Shown piece by piece: positions 48,599 to 62,066 of a stretch of 64,000 nucleotides of DNA. The position numbers and the translations under genes are program-made. The notes beneath the pieces were generated by a model, which saw only the letters and a program-made list of their open reading frames with translations, was not told where the DNA came from and did no database searches. The DNA is from Eledone cirrhosa. Its lineage: Eukaryota. Position 1 is the first letter of the stretch. Each line of letters begins with the position of its first letter. The stretch lies in NCBI GenBank assembly GCA_964016885.1, contig OZ024743.1, forward strand, positions 117,366,001 to 117,430,000. Reading direction: 5' to 3'.

Positions 48599-48936
48599 TA
48601 ATTGTCTACTTTTGCTTTAGAAACATTACTAAAAAATCTGTATATTTAGGTTTACAGCTTGCATTTAGAATTATTTGTAACACTAATACATGTTTCAATA
48701 TATTACCCTGATAAAGATTAATTTTGCTTTACGTTACCTAAACCATTTCATCTCTACTGGATTGTATTTCACCAAAAATCTTCGTATTTCTATCTTAAAC
48801 GAACACTGATCATCATCTGATGGAACATATAAAGTGTATGTTATAAAAAAAATTCAAATGTTTTAACAATCTAAAGTAGATTATATTTATGTTTTTTTAA
48901 GTTCTTTCGTAAATATACATTCAGCAAGCACCATTG

Positions 48937-49009
48937 ATCCGGCTAGCTCAGTCGGTAGAGCAGGAGACACTTAATCTCAGAGTCCAGGTTTCGTGTCCAA
49001 CGTTGGGTG
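48937..49009 (+). pseudogene. trnK: tRNA-Lys(CTT) pseudogene U41
   Basis: Plus G53T. Confidence 0.85.
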
Positions 49010-49404
49010 AAAATGGTATTGTTTCCATGATATGTTTTATAAAATTGACATTAATATTAATATTACGAAATAATTATATGGTACATTCATGTATCATGAT
49101 CAATTGATATTCACCCTAAATATCTAATTGCAAAGCGAAATTTTCAGTGAGTTTTCAAAGCATTATTATATATTTATGAAATTATTTTGCTATAGGTATG
49201 ATATGAATTTACTAATATTAATTTTAGTATATAGAACTTGCAACAGGAATAAGCAAGTTCAATTCAAATATTTATGTTTTACATAAAAATTACTCGTTTC
49301 TAAATCATAAATAATTATATTTCTCGAAGTATTTGTTTAATATAAATATATTTTGGCGATACTGATGTAATTATGACGTCAAATAGAGAGTCACTAGCTG
49401 TACA

Positions 49405-49477
49405 GCCGAAATAGCTCAGTTGGGATAGCGTTAGACTGAAGATCTAAAGGTCCCCTGTTCAATCCCGAGTTTCGGCA
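49405..49477 (+). tRNA. trnF: tRNA-Phe(GAA) U41
   Basis: G22T, G64A. Confidence 0.68.
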
Positions 49478-49783
49478 TGCAGACTTATTATTTTCTCAAA
49501 TACTTCTAATGATTTTGATAGAGAACTATATATGATTTAAATAACAATTAATCGAATGGTTCCTTTGTCAGTCATCAAAAAGTCACTTTTATTTTAGTAG
49601 ACACCAAATAATACCAACTATCAGCAAAACGTCATATAGTTCAGGTGTGTTTTTGAACATTTAGTTCCGATTCAATAAAAGAGGAATATTAGACGACAAT
49701 ATCAGGTATTCAGTTTATCAATTCAAATAATGTGTTGAATATTCTAAACGAAACCGTCTATATATGAATGTATAGCAAGAGCT

Positions 49784-49789
49784 GTCTCT

Positions 49790-49823
<34 letters not shown>

Positions 49824-49857
49824 TGAAAGGTTGGTGGTTCAAGTCCACCCAGGGACG
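49784..49857 (+). tRNA. trnN: tRNA-Asn(GTT) U41
   Basis: Consensus, intact. Confidence 0.92.
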
Positions 49858-50195
49858 TAATAGTCTACTTTTGCTTTAGAAACATTACTAAAAAATCTGT
49901 ATATTTAGGTTTACTGCTTGCATTTAGAATTATTTGTAACACTAATACATGTTTCAATATATTAGCCTGATAAAGATTAATTTTGCTTTACGTTACCTAA
50001 ACCATTTCATCTCTACTGGATTGTATTTCACCAAAAATCTTCATATTTCTATCTTAAACGAACACTGATCATCATCTGATGGAACATATAAAGTGTATGT
50101 TATAAAAAAAATTCAAATGTTTTAACAATCTAAAGTAGATTATATTTATGTTTGTTTAAGTTCTTTCGTAAATATACATTCAGCAAGCACCATTG

Positions 50196-50268
50196 ATCCG
50201 GCTAGCTCAGTCGGTAGAGCAGGAGACACTTAATCTCAGAGTCCAGGTTTCGTGTCCAACGTTGGGTG
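50196..50268 (+). pseudogene. trnK: tRNA-Lys(CTT) pseudogene U42
   Basis: Plus G53T. Confidence 0.85.
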
Positions 50269-50663
50269 AAAATGGTATTGTTTCCATGATATGTTTTACA
50301 AAATTGACATTAATATTAATATTACGAAATAATTATAGGGTACATTCATGTATCATGATCAATTGATATTCACCCTAAATATCTAATTGCAAAGCGAAAT
50401 TTTCAGTGAGTTTTCAAAGCATTCTTATATATTTATGAAATTATTTTGCTATAGGTATGATATTAATTTACTAATATTAATTTTAGTATATAGAACTTGC
50501 AACAGGAATAAGGAAGTTCAATTCAAATATTTATGTTTTACATAAAAATTACTCGTTTCTAAATCATAAATGATTATATTTCTCGAAGTATTTGTTTAAT
50601 ATAAATATATTGTGGCGATACTGATGTAATTATGACGTCAAATAGAGAGTCACTAGCTGTACA

Positions 50664-50736
50664 GCCGAAATAGCTCAGTTGGGAGAGCGTTAGACTGAAG
50701 ATCTAAAGGTCCCCTGTTCAATCCCGGGTTAACACA
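50664..50736 (+). pseudogene. trnF: tRNA-Phe(GAA) U42 pseudogene
   Basis: 3' acceptor strand TTTCGGC replaced by TTAACAC. Confidence 0.78.
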
Positions 50737-51042
50737 TGCAGACGTATTATTTTCTCAAATATTTCTAATGATTTTGATAGAGAACTATATATGATTTAAA
50801 TAACAATTAATCGAATGGTTCCTTTGTCAGTCATCAAAAAGTCACTTTTATTTTAGTAGACACCAAATAATACCAACTATCAGCAAAACGTCATATAGTT
50901 CAGGTGTGTTTTTGAACATTTAGTTCCGATTCAATAAAAGAGGAATATTAGACGACAATATCAGGTATTCAGTTTATCAATTCAAATAATGTGTTGAACA
51001 TTCTAAACGAAACCGTCTATATATGAACGTATAGTAAGAGCT

Positions 51043-51116
51043 GTCTCTGTGGCGCATTCGGTTAGCGCGTTCGGCTGTTAACTGAAAGGTTGGTGGTTCA
51101 AGTCCACCCAGGGACG
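51043..51116 (+). tRNA. trnN: tRNA-Asn(GTT) U42
   Basis: A15T. Confidence 0.82.
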
Positions 51117-51454
51117 TAGTAGTCTAGTTTTGCTTTAGAAACATTACTAAAAAATCTGTATATTTAGGTTTACTGCTTGCATTTAGAATTATTTGTAACA
51201 CTAATACATGTTTCAATATATTAGCCTGATAAAGATTAATTTTGCTTTACGTTACCTAAACCATTTCATCTCTACTGGATTGTATTTCACCAAAAATCTT
51301 CGTATTTCTATCTTAAACGAACACTGATCATCATCTGATGGAACATATAAAGTGTATGTTATAAAAAAAATTCAAATGTTTTAACAATCTAAAGTAGATT
51401 ATATTTATGTTTTTTTAAGTTCTTTCGTAAATATACATTCAGCAAGCACCATTG

Positions 51455-51527
51455 ATCCGGCTAGCTCAGTCGGTAGAGCAGGAGACACTTAATCTCAGAG
51501 TCCAGGTTTCGTGTCCAACGTTGGGTG
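51455..51527 (+). pseudogene. trnK: tRNA-Lys(CTT) pseudogene U43
   Basis: Plus G53T. Confidence 0.85.
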
Positions 51528-51922
51528 AAAATGGTATTGTTTCCATGATATGTTTTATAAAATTGACATTAATATTAATATTACGAAATAATTATATGGT
51601 ACATTCATGTATCATGATCAATTGATATTCACCCTAAATATCTAATTGCAAAGCGAAATTTTCAGTGAGTTTTCAAAGCATTATTATATATTTATGAAAT
51701 TATTTTGCTATAGGTATGATATGAATTTACTAATATTAATTTTAGTATATAGAACTTGCAACAGGAATAAGCAAGTTCAATTCAAATATTTATGTTTTAC
51801 ATAAAAATTACTCGTTTCTAAATCATAAATAATTATATTTCTCGAAGTATTTGTTTAATATAAATATATTTTGGCGATACTGATGTAATTATGACGTCAA
51901 ATAGAGAGTCACTAGCTGTACA

Positions 51923-51995
51923 GCCGAAATAGCTCAGTTGGGATAGCGTTAGACTGAAGATCTAAAGGTCCCCTGTTCAATCCCGAGTTTCGGCA
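51923..51995 (+). tRNA. trnF: tRNA-Phe(GAA) U43
   Basis: G22T, G64A. Confidence 0.68.
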
Positions 51996-52301
51996 TGCAG
52001 ACTTATTATTTTCTCAAATACTTCTAATGATTTTGATAGAGAACTATATATGATTTAAATAACAATTAATCGAATGGTTCCTTTGTCAGTCATCAAAAAG
52101 TCACTTTTATTTTAGTAGACACCAAATAATACCAACTATCAGCAAAACGTCATATAGTTCAGGTGTGTTTTTGAACATTTAGTTCCGATTCAATAAAAGA
52201 GGAATATTAGACGACAATATCAGGTATTCAGTTTATCAATTCAAATAATGTGTTGAATATTCTAAACGAAACCGTCTATATATGAATGTATAGCAAGAGC
52301 T

Positions 52302-52307
52302 GTCTCT

Positions 52308-52341
<34 letters not shown>

Positions 52342-52375
52342 TGAAAGGTTGGTGGTTCAAGTCCACCCAGGGACG
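52302..52375 (+). tRNA. trnN: tRNA-Asn(GTT) U43
   Basis: Consensus, intact. Confidence 0.92.
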
Positions 52376-52713
52376 TAATAGTCTACTTTTGCTTTAGAAA
52401 CATTACTAAAAAATCTGTATATTTAGGTTTACTGCTTGCATTTAGAATTATTTGTAACACTAATACATGTTTCAATATATTAGCCTGATAAAGATTAATT
52501 TTGCTTTACGTTACCTAAACCATTTCATCTCTACTGGATTGTATTTCACCAAAAATCTTCATATTTCTATCTTAAACGAACACTGATCATCATCTGATGG
52601 AACATATAAAGTGTATGTTATAAAAAAAATTCAAATGTTTTAACAATCTAAAGTAGATTATATTTATGTTTGTTTAAGTTCTTTCGTAAATATACATTCA
52701 GCAAGCACCATTG

Positions 52714-52786
52714 ATCCGGCTAGCTCAGTCGGTAGAGCAGGAGACACTTAATCTCAGAGTCCAGGTTTCGTGTCCAACGTTGGGTG
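52714..52786 (+). pseudogene. trnK: tRNA-Lys(CTT) pseudogene U44
   Basis: Plus G53T. Confidence 0.85.
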
Positions 52787-53181
52787 AAAATGGTATTGTT
52801 TCCATGATATGTTTTACAAAATTGACATTAATATTAATATTACGAAATAATTATAGGGTACATTCATGTATCATGATCAATTGATATTCACCCTAAATAT
52901 CTAATTGCAAAGCGAAATTTTCAGTGAGTTTTCAAAGCATTCTTATATATTTATGAAATTATTTTGCTATAGGTATGATATTAATTTACTAATATTAATT
53001 TTAGTATATAGAACTTGCAACAGGAATAAGCAAGTTCAATTCAAATATTTATGTTTTACATAAAAATTACTCGTTTCTAAATCATAAATAATTATATTTC
53101 TCGAAGTATTTGTTTAATATAAATATATTGTGGCGATACTGATGTAATTATGACGTCAAATAGAGAGTCACTAGCTGTACA

Positions 53182-53254
53182 GCCGAAATAGCTCAGTTGG
53201 GATAGCGTTAGACTGAAGATCTAAAGGTCCCCTGTTCAATCCCGAGTTTCGGCA
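53182..53254 (+). tRNA. trnF: tRNA-Phe(GAA) U44
   Basis: G22T, G64A. Confidence 0.68.
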
Positions 53255-53560
53255 TGCAGACTTATTATTTTCTCAAATATTTCTAATGATTTTGATAGAG
53301 AACTATATATGATTTAAATAACAATTAATCGAATGGTTCCTTTGTCAGTCATCAAAAAGTCACTTTTATTTTAGTAGACACCAAATAATACCAACTATCA
53401 GCAAAACGTCATATAGTTCAGGTGTGTTTTTGAACATTTAGTTCCGATTCAATAAAAGAGGAATATTAGACGACAATATCAGGTATTCAGTTTATCAATT
53501 CAAATAATGTGTTGAACATTCTAAACGAAACCGTCTATATATGAATGTATAGCAAGAGCT

Positions 53561-53566
53561 GTCTCT

Positions 53567-53600
<34 letters not shown>

Positions 53601-53634
53601 TGAAAGGTTGGTGGTTCAAGTCCACCCAGGGACG
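53561..53634 (+). tRNA. trnN: tRNA-Asn(GTT) U44
   Basis: Consensus, intact. Confidence 0.92.
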
Positions 53635-53972
53635 TAATAGTCTACTTTTGCTTTAGAAACATTACTAAAAAATCTGTATATTTAGGTTTACTGCTTGCAT
53701 TTAGAATTATTTGTAACACTAATACATGTTTCAATATATTAGCCTGATAAAGATTAATTTTGCTTTACGTTACCTAAACCATTTCATCTCTACTGGATTG
53801 TATTTCACCAAAAATCTTCATATTTCTATCTTAAACGAACACTGATCATCATCTGATGGAACATATAAAGTGTATGTTATAAAAAAAATTCAAATGTTTT
53901 AACAATCTAAAGTAGATTATATTTATGTTTGTTTAAGTTCTTTCGTAAATATACATTCAGCAAGCACCATTG

Positions 53973-54045
53973 ATCCGGCTAGCTCAGTCGGTAGAGCAGG
54001 AGACACTTAATCTCAGAGTCCAGGTTTCGTGTCCAACGTTGGGTG
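53973..54045 (+). pseudogene. trnK: tRNA-Lys(CTT) pseudogene U45
   Basis: Plus G53T. Confidence 0.85.
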
Positions 54046-54440
54046 AAAATGGTATTGTTTCCATGATATGTTTTATAAAATTGACATTAATATTAATATT
54101 ACGAAATAATTATATGGTACATTCATGTATCATGATCAATTGATATTCACCCTAAATATCTAATTGCAAAGCGAAATTTTCAGTGAGTTTTCAAAGCATT
54201 CTTATATATTTATGAAATTATTTTGCTATAGGTATGATATTAATTTACTAATATTAATTTTAGTATATAGAACTTGCAACAGGAATAAGCAAGTTCAATT
54301 CAAATATTTATGTTTTACATAAAAATTACTCGTTTCTAAATCATAAATGATTATATTTCTCGAAGTATTTGTTTAATATAAATATATTGTGGCGATACTG
54401 ATGTAATTATGACGTCAAATAGAGAGTCACTAGCTGTACA

Positions 54441-54513
54441 GCCGAAATTGCTCAGTTGGGAGAGCGTTAGACTGAAGATCTAATGGTCCCCTGTTCAATC
54501 CCGGGTTTCGGCA
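54441..54513 (+). tRNA. trnF: tRNA-Phe(GAA) U45
   Basis: A9T, A44T. Confidence 0.75.
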
Positions 54514-54819
54514 TGCAGACTTATTATTTTCTCAAATATTTCTAATGATTTTGATAGAGAACTATATATGATTTAAATAACAATTAATCGAATGGTTCCT
54601 TTGTCAGTCATCAAAAAGTCACTTTTATTTTAGTAGACACCAAATAATACCAACTATCAGCAAAACGTCATATAGTTCAGGTGTGTTTTTGAACATTTAG
54701 TTCCGATTCAATAAAAGAGGAATATTAGACGACAATATCAGGTATTCAGTTTATCAATTCAAATAATGTGTTGAACATTCTAAACGAAACCGTCTATATA
54801 TGAACGTATAGTAAGAGCT

Positions 54820-54825
54820 GTCTCT

Positions 54826-54859
<34 letters not shown>

Positions 54860-54893
54860 TGAAAGGTTGGTGGTTCAAGTCCACCCAGGGACG
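54820..54893 (+). tRNA. trnN: tRNA-Asn(GTT) U45
   Basis: Consensus, intact. Confidence 0.92.
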
Positions 54894-55231
54894 TAGTAGT
54901 CTAGTTTTGCTTTAGAAACATTACTAAAAAATCTGTATATTTAGGTTTACTGCTTGCATTTAGAATTATTTGTAACACTAATACATGTTTCAATATATTA
55001 GCCTGATAAAGATTAATTTTGCTTTACGTTACCTAAACCATTTCATCTCTACTGGATTGTATTTCACCAATAATCTTCATATTTCTATCTTAAACGAACA
55101 CTGATCATCATCTGATGGAACATATAAAGTGTATGTTATAAAAAAAATTCAAATGTTTTAACAATCTAAAGTAGATTATATTTATGTTTGTTTAAGTTCT
55201 TTCGTAAATATACATTCAGCAAGCACCATTG

Positions 55232-55304
55232 ATCCGGCTAGCTCAGTCGGTAGAGCAGGAGACACTTAATCTCAGAGTCCAGGTTTCGTGTCCAACGTTG
55301 GGTG
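55232..55304 (+). pseudogene. trnK: tRNA-Lys(CTT) pseudogene U46
   Basis: Plus G53T. Confidence 0.85.
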
Positions 55305-55699
55305 AAAATGGTATTGTTTCCATGATATGTTTTATAAAATTGACATTAATATTAATATTACGAAATAATTATAGGGTACATTCATGTATCATGATCAATT
55401 GATATTCACCCTAAATATCTAATTGCAAAGCGAAATTTTCAGTGAGTTTTCAAAGCATTCTTATATATTTATGAAATTATTTTGCTATAGGTATGATATT
55501 AATTTACTAATATTAATTTTAGTATATAGAACTTGCAACAGGAATAAGCAAGTTCAATTCAAATATTTATGTTTTACATAAAAATTACTCGTTTCTAAAT
55601 CATAAATGATTATATTTCTCGAAGTATTTGTTTAATATAAATATATTGTGGCGATACTGATGTAATTATGACGTCAAATAGAGAGTCACTAGCTGTACA

Positions 55700-55772
55700 G
55701 CCGAAATTGCTCAGTTGGGAGAGCGTTAGACTGAAGATCTAATGGTCCCCTGTTCAATCCCGGGTTTCGGCA
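55700..55772 (+). tRNA. trnF: tRNA-Phe(GAA) U46
   Basis: A9T, A44T. Confidence 0.75.
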
Positions 55773-56078
55773 TGCAGACTTATTATTTTCTCAAATATTT
55801 CTAATGATTTTGATAGAGAACTATATATGATTTAAATAACAATTAATCGAATGGTTCCTTTGTCAGTCATCAAAAAGTCACTTTTATTTTAGTAGACACC
55901 AAATAATACCAACTATCAGCAAAACGTCATATAGTTCAGGTGTGTTTTTGAACATTTAGTTCCGATTCAATAAAAGAGGAATATTAGACGACAATATCAG
56001 GTATTCAGTTTATCAATTCAAATAATGTGTTGAACATTCTAAACGAAACCGTCTATATATGAACGTATAGTAAGAGCT

Positions 56079-56084
56079 GTCTCT

Positions 56085-56118
<34 letters not shown>

Positions 56119-56152
56119 TGAAAGGTTGGTGGTTCAAGTCCACCCAGGGACG
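56079..56152 (+). tRNA. trnN: tRNA-Asn(GTT) U46
   Basis: Consensus, intact. Confidence 0.92.
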
Positions 56153-56490
56153 TAGTAGTCTAGTTTTGCTTCAGAAACATTACTAAAAAATCTGTATATT
56201 TAGGTTTACTGCTTGCATTTAGAATTATTTGTAACACTAATACATGTTTCAATATATTAGCCTGATAAAGATTAATTTTGCTTTACGTTACCTAAACCAT
56301 TTCATCTCTACTGGATTGTATTTCACCAAAAATCTTCATATTTCTATCTTAAACGAACACTGATCATCATCTGATGGAACATATAAAGTGTATGTTATAA
56401 AAAAAATTCAAATGTTTTAACAATCTAAAGTAGATTATATTTATGTTTGTTTAAGTTCTTTCGTAAATATACATTCAGCAAGCACCATTG

Positions 56491-56563
56491 ATCCGGCTAG
56501 CTCAGTCGGTAGAGCAGGAGACACTTAATCTCAGAGTCCAGGTTTCGTGTCCAACGTTGGGTG
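56491..56563 (+). pseudogene. trnK: tRNA-Lys(CTT) pseudogene U47
   Basis: Plus G53T. Confidence 0.85.
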
Positions 56564-56958
56564 AAAATGGTATTGTTTCCATGATATGTTTTATAAAATT
56601 GACATTAATATTAATATTACGAAATAATTATAGGGTACATTCATGTATCATGATCAATTGATATTCACCCTAAATATCTAATTGCAAAGCGAAATTTTCA
56701 GTGAGTTTTCAAAGCATTCTTATATATTTATGAAATTATTTTGCTATAGGTATGATATTAATTTACTAATATTAATTTTAGTATATAGAACTTGCAACAG
56801 GAATAAGCAAGTTCAATTCAAATATTTATGTTTTACATAAAAATTACTCGTTTCTAAATCATAAATGATTATATTTCTCGAAGTATTTGTTTAATATAAA
56901 TATATTGTGGCGATACTGATGTAATTATGACGTCAAATAGAGAGTCACTAGCTGTACA

Positions 56959-57031
56959 GCCGAAATTGCTCAGTTGGGAGAGCGTTAGACTGAAGATCTA
57001 ATGGTCCCCTGTTCAATCCCGGGTTTCGGCA
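56959..57031 (+). tRNA. trnF: tRNA-Phe(GAA) U47
   Basis: A9T, A44T. Confidence 0.75.
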
Positions 57032-57337
57032 TGCAGACTTATTATTTTCTCAAATATTTCTAATGATTTTGATAGAGAACTATATATGATTTAAATAACA
57101 ATTAATCGAATGGTTCCTTTGTCAGTCATCAAAAAGTCACTTTTATTTTAGTAGACACCAAATAATACCAACTATCAGCAAAACGTCATATAGTTCAGGT
57201 GTGTTTTTGAACATTTAGTTCCGATTCAATAAAAGAGGAATATTAGACGACAATATCAGGTATTCAGTTTATCAATTCAAATAATGTGTTGAACATTCTA
57301 AACGAAACCGTCTATATATGAACGTATAGTAAGAGCT

Positions 57338-57343
57338 GTCTCT

Positions 57344-57377
<34 letters not shown>

Positions 57378-57411
57378 TGAAAGGTTGGTGGTTCAAGTCC
57401 ACCCAGGGACG
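57338..57411 (+). tRNA. trnN: tRNA-Asn(GTT) U47
   Basis: Consensus, intact. Confidence 0.92.
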
Positions 57412-57749
57412 TAGTAGTCTAGTTTTGCTTTAGAAACATTACTAAAAAATCTGTATATTTAGGTTTACAGCTTGCATTCAGAATTATTTGTAACACTAAT
57501 ACATGTTTCAATATATTAGCCTGATAAAGATTAATTTTGCTTTACGTTACCTAAACCATTTCATCTCTACTGGATTGTATTTCACCAAAAATCTTCATAT
57601 TTCTATCTTAAACGAACACTGATCATCATCTGATGGAACATATAAAGTGTATGTTATAAAAAAAATTCAAATGTTTTAACAATCTAAAGTAGATTATATT
57701 TATGTTTGTTTAAGTTCTTTCGTAAATATACATTCAGCAAGCAACATTG

Positions 57750-57822
57750 ATCCGGCTAGCTCAGTCGGTAGAGCAGGAGACACTTAATCTCAGAGTCCAG
57801 GTTTCGTGTCCAACGTTGGGTG
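57750..57822 (+). pseudogene. trnK: tRNA-Lys(CTT) pseudogene U48
   Basis: Plus G53T. Confidence 0.85.
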
Positions 57823-58217
57823 AAAATGGTATTGTTTCCATGATATGTTTTATAAAATTGACATTAATATTAATATTACGAAATAATTATATGGTACATT
57901 CATGTATCATGATCAATTGATATTCACCCTAAATATCTAATTGCAAAGCGAAATTTTCAGTGAGTTTTCAAAGCATTCTTATATATTTATGAAATTATTT
58001 TGCTATAGGTATGATATTAATTTACTAATATTAATTTTAGTATATAGAACTTGCAACAGGAATAAGCAAGTTCAATTCAAATATTTATGTTTTACATAAA
58101 AATTACTCGTTTCTAAATCATAAATGATTATATTTCTCGAAGTATTTGTTTAATATAAATATATTGTGGCGATACTGATGTAATTATGACGTCAAATAGA
58201 GAGTCACTAGCTGTACA

Positions 58218-58290
58218 GCCGAAATTGCTCAGTTGGGAGAGCGTTAGACTGAAGATCTAATGGTCCCCTGTTCAATCCCGGGTTTCGGCA
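58218..58290 (+). tRNA. trnF: tRNA-Phe(GAA) U48
   Basis: A9T, A44T. Confidence 0.75.
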
Positions 58291-58595
58291 TGCAGACTTA
58301 TTATTTTCTCAAATATTTCTAATGATTTTGATAGAGAACTATATATGATTTAAATAACAATTAATCGAATGGTTCCTTTGTCAGTCATCAAAAAGCACTT
58401 TTATTTTAGTAGACACCAAATAATACCAACTATCAGCAAAACGTCATATAGTTCAGGTGTGTTTTTGAACATTTAGTTCCGATTCAATAAAAGAGGAATA
58501 TTAGACGACAATATCAGGTATTCAGTTTATCAATTCAAATAATGTGTTGAACATTCTAAACGAAACCGTCTATATATGAACGTATAGTAAGAGCT

Positions 58596-58601
58596 GTCTC
58601 T

Positions 58602-58635
<34 letters not shown>

Positions 58636-58669
58636 TGAAAGGTTGGTGGTTCAAGTCCACCCAGGGACG
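58596..58669 (+). tRNA. trnN: tRNA-Asn(GTT) U48
   Basis: Consensus, intact. Confidence 0.92.
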
Positions 58670-59007
58670 TAGTATTCTAGTTTTGCTTTAGAAACATTAC
58701 TAAAAAATCTGTATATTTAGGTTTACAGCTTGCATTTAGAATTATTTGTAACACTAACACATGTTTCAATATATTAGCCTGATAAAGATTAATTTTGCTT
58801 TACGTTACCTAAACCATTTCATCTCTACTGGATTGTATTTCACCAAAAATCTTCATATTTCTATCTTAAACGAACACTGATCATCATCTGATGGAACATA
58901 TAAAGTGTATGTTATAAAAAAAATTCAAATGTTTTAACAATCTAAAGTAGATTATATTTATGTTTGTTTAAGTTCTTTCGTAAATATACATTCAGCAAGC
59001 ACCATTG

Positions 59008-59080
59008 ATCCGGCTAGCTCAGTCGGTAGAGCAGGAGACACTTAATCTCAGAGTCCAGGTTTCGTGTCCAACGTTGGGTG
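59008..59080 (+). pseudogene. trnK: tRNA-Lys(CTT) pseudogene U49
   Basis: Plus G53T. Confidence 0.85.
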
Positions 59081-59475
59081 AAAATGGTATTGTTTCCATG
59101 ATATGTTTTATAAAATTGACATTAATATTAATATTACGAAATAATTATATGGTACATTCATGTATCATGATCAATTGATATTCACCCTAAATATCTAATT
59201 GCAAAGCGAAATTTTCAGTGAGTTTTCAAAGCATTATTATATATTTATGAAATTATTTTGCTATAGGTATGATATGAATTTACTAATATTAATTTTAGTA
59301 TATAGAACTTGCAACAGGAATAAGCAAGTTCAATTCAAATATTTATGTTTTACATAAAAATTACTCGTTTCTAAATCATAAATAATTATATTTCTCGAAG
59401 TATTTGTTTAATATAAATATATTGTGGCGATACTGATGTAATTATGACGTCAAATAGAGAGTCACTAGCTGTACA

Positions 59476-59548
59476 GCCGAAATAGCTCAGTTGGGATAGC
59501 GTTAGACTGAAGATCTAAAGGTCCCCTGTTCAATCCCGGGTTTCGGCA
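59476..59548 (+). tRNA. trnF: tRNA-Phe(GAA) U49
   Basis: G22T. Confidence 0.78.
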
Positions 59549-59854
59549 TGCAGACTTATTATTTTCTCAAATATTTCTAATGATTTTGATAGAGAACTAT
59601 ATATGATTTAAATAACAATTAATCGAATGGTTCCTTTGTCAGTCATCAAAAAGTCACTTTTATTTTAGTAGACACCAAATAATACCAACTATCAGCAAAA
59701 CGTCATATAGTTCAGGTGTGTTTTTGAACATTTAGTTCCGATTCAATAAAAGAGGAATATTAGACGACAATATCAGGTATTCAGTTTATCAATTCAAATA
59801 ATGTGTTGAACATTCTAAACGAAACCGTCTATATATGAACGTATAGTAAGAGCT

Positions 59855-59860
59855 GTCTCT

Positions 59861-59894
<34 letters not shown>

Positions 59895-59928
59895 TGAAAG
59901 GTTGGTGGTTCAAGTCCACCCAGGGACG
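59855..59928 (+). tRNA. trnN: tRNA-Asn(GTT) U49
   Basis: Consensus, intact. Confidence 0.92.
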
Positions 59929-60266
59929 TAGTAGTCTAGTTTTGCTTTAGAAACATTACTAAAAAATCTGTATATTTAGGTTTACAGCTTGCATTTAGAA
60001 TTATTTGTAACACTAATACATGTTTCAATATATTAGCCTGATAAAGATTAATTTTGCTTTACGTTACCTAAACCATTTCATCTCTACTGGATTGTATTTC
60101 ACCAAAAATCTTCATATTTCTATCTTAAACGAACACTGATCATCATCTGATGGAACATATAAAGTGTATGTTATAAAAAAAATTCAAATGTTTTAACAAT
60201 CTAAAGTAGATTATATTTATGTTTGTTTAAGTTCTTTCGTAAATATACATTCAGCAAGCACCATTG

Positions 60267-60339
60267 ATCCGGCTAGCTCAGTCGGTAGAGCAGGAGACAC
60301 TTAATCTCAGAGTCCAGGTTTCGTGTCCAACGTTGGGTG
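60267..60339 (+). pseudogene. trnK: tRNA-Lys(CTT) pseudogene U50
   Basis: Plus G53T. Confidence 0.85.
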
Positions 60340-60734
60340 AAAATGGTATTGTTTCCATGATATGTTTTATAAAATTGACATTAATATTAATATTACGAAA
60401 TAATTATATGGTACATTCATGTATCATGATCAATTGATATTCACCCTAAATATCTAATTGCAAAGCGAAATTTTCAGTGAGTTTTCAAAGCATTATTATA
60501 TATTTATGAAATTATTTTGCTATAGGTATGATATGAATTTACTAATATTAATTTTAGTATATAGAACTTGCAACAGGAATAAGCAAGTTCAATTCAAATA
60601 TTTATGTTTTACATAAAAATTACTCGTTTCTAAATCATAAATGATTATATTTCTCGAAGTATTTGTTTAATATAAATATATTGTGGCGATACTGATGTAA
60701 TTATGACGTCAAATAGAGAGTCACTAGCTGTACA

Positions 60735-60807
60735 GCCGAAATAGCTCAGTTGGGATAGCGTTAGACTGAAGATCTAAAGGTCCCCTGTTCAATCCCGAGT
60801 TTCGGCA
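60735..60807 (+). tRNA. trnF: tRNA-Phe(GAA) U50
   Basis: G22T, G64A. Confidence 0.68.
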
Positions 60808-61113
60808 TGCAGACTTATTATTTTCTCAAATATTTCTAATGATTTTGATAGAGAACTATATATGATTTAAATAACAATTAATCGAATGGTTCCTTTGTCA
60901 GTCATCAAAAAGTCACTTTTATTTTAGTAGACACCAAATAATACCAACTATCAGCAAAACGTCATATAGTTCAGGTGTGTTTTTGAACATTTAGTTCCGA
61001 TTCAATAAAAGAGGAATATTAGACGACAATATCAGGTATTCAGTTTATCAATTCAAATAATGTGTTGAACATTCTAAACGAAACCGTCTATATATGAACG
61101 TATAGTAAGAGCT

Positions 61114-61119
61114 GTCTCT

Positions 61120-61153
<34 letters not shown>

Positions 61154-61187
61154 TGAAAGGTTGGTGGTTCAAGTCCACCCAGGGACG
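61114..61187 (+). tRNA. trnN: tRNA-Asn(GTT) U50
   Basis: Consensus, intact. Confidence 0.92.
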
Positions 61188-61525
61188 TAGTAGTCTAGTT
61201 TTGCTTTAGAAACATTACTAAAAAATCTGTATATTTAGGTTTACAGCTTGCATTTAGAATTATTTGTAACACTAATACATGTTTCAATATATTAGCCTGA
61301 TAAAGATTAATTTTGCTTTACGTTACCTAAACCATTTCATCTCTACTGGATTGTATTTCACCAAAAATCTTCATATTTCTATCTTAAACGAACACTGATC
61401 ATCATCTGATGGAACATATAAAGTGTATGTTATAAAAAAAATTCAAATGTTTTAACAATCTAAAGTAGATTATATTTATGTTTGTTTAAGTTCTTTCGTA
61501 AATATACATTCAGCAAGCACCATTG

Positions 61526-61598
61526 ATCCGGCTAGCTCAGTCGGTAGAGCAGGAGACACTTAATCTCAGAGTCCAGGTTTCGTGTCCAACGTTGGGTG
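61526..61598 (+). pseudogene. trnK: tRNA-Lys(CTT) pseudogene U51
   Basis: Plus G53T. Confidence 0.85.
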
Positions 61599-61993
61599 AA
61601 AATGGTATTGTTTCCATGATATGTTTTATAAAATTGACATTAATATTAATATTACGAAATAATTATATGGTACATTCATGTATCATGATCAATTGATATT
61701 CACCCTAAATATCTAATTGCAAAGCGAAATTTTCAGTGAGTTTTCAAAGCATTATTATATATTTATGAAATTATTTTGCTATAGGTATGATATGAATTTA
61801 CTAATATTAATTTTAGTATATAGAACTTGCAACAGGAATAAGCAAGTTCACATCAAATATTTATGTTTTACATAAAAATTACTCGTTTCTAAATCATAAA
61901 TGATTATATTTCTCGAAGTATTTGTTTAATATAAATATATTGTGGCGATACTGATGTAATTATGACGTCAAATAGAGAGTCACTAGCTGTACA

Positions 61994-62066
61994 GCCGAAA
62001 TAGCTCAGTTGGGATAGCGTTAGACTGAAGATCTAAAGGTCCCCTGTTCAATCCCGAGTTTCGGCA
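61994..62066 (+). tRNA. trnF: tRNA-Phe(GAA) U51
   Basis: G22T, G64A. Confidence 0.68.
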
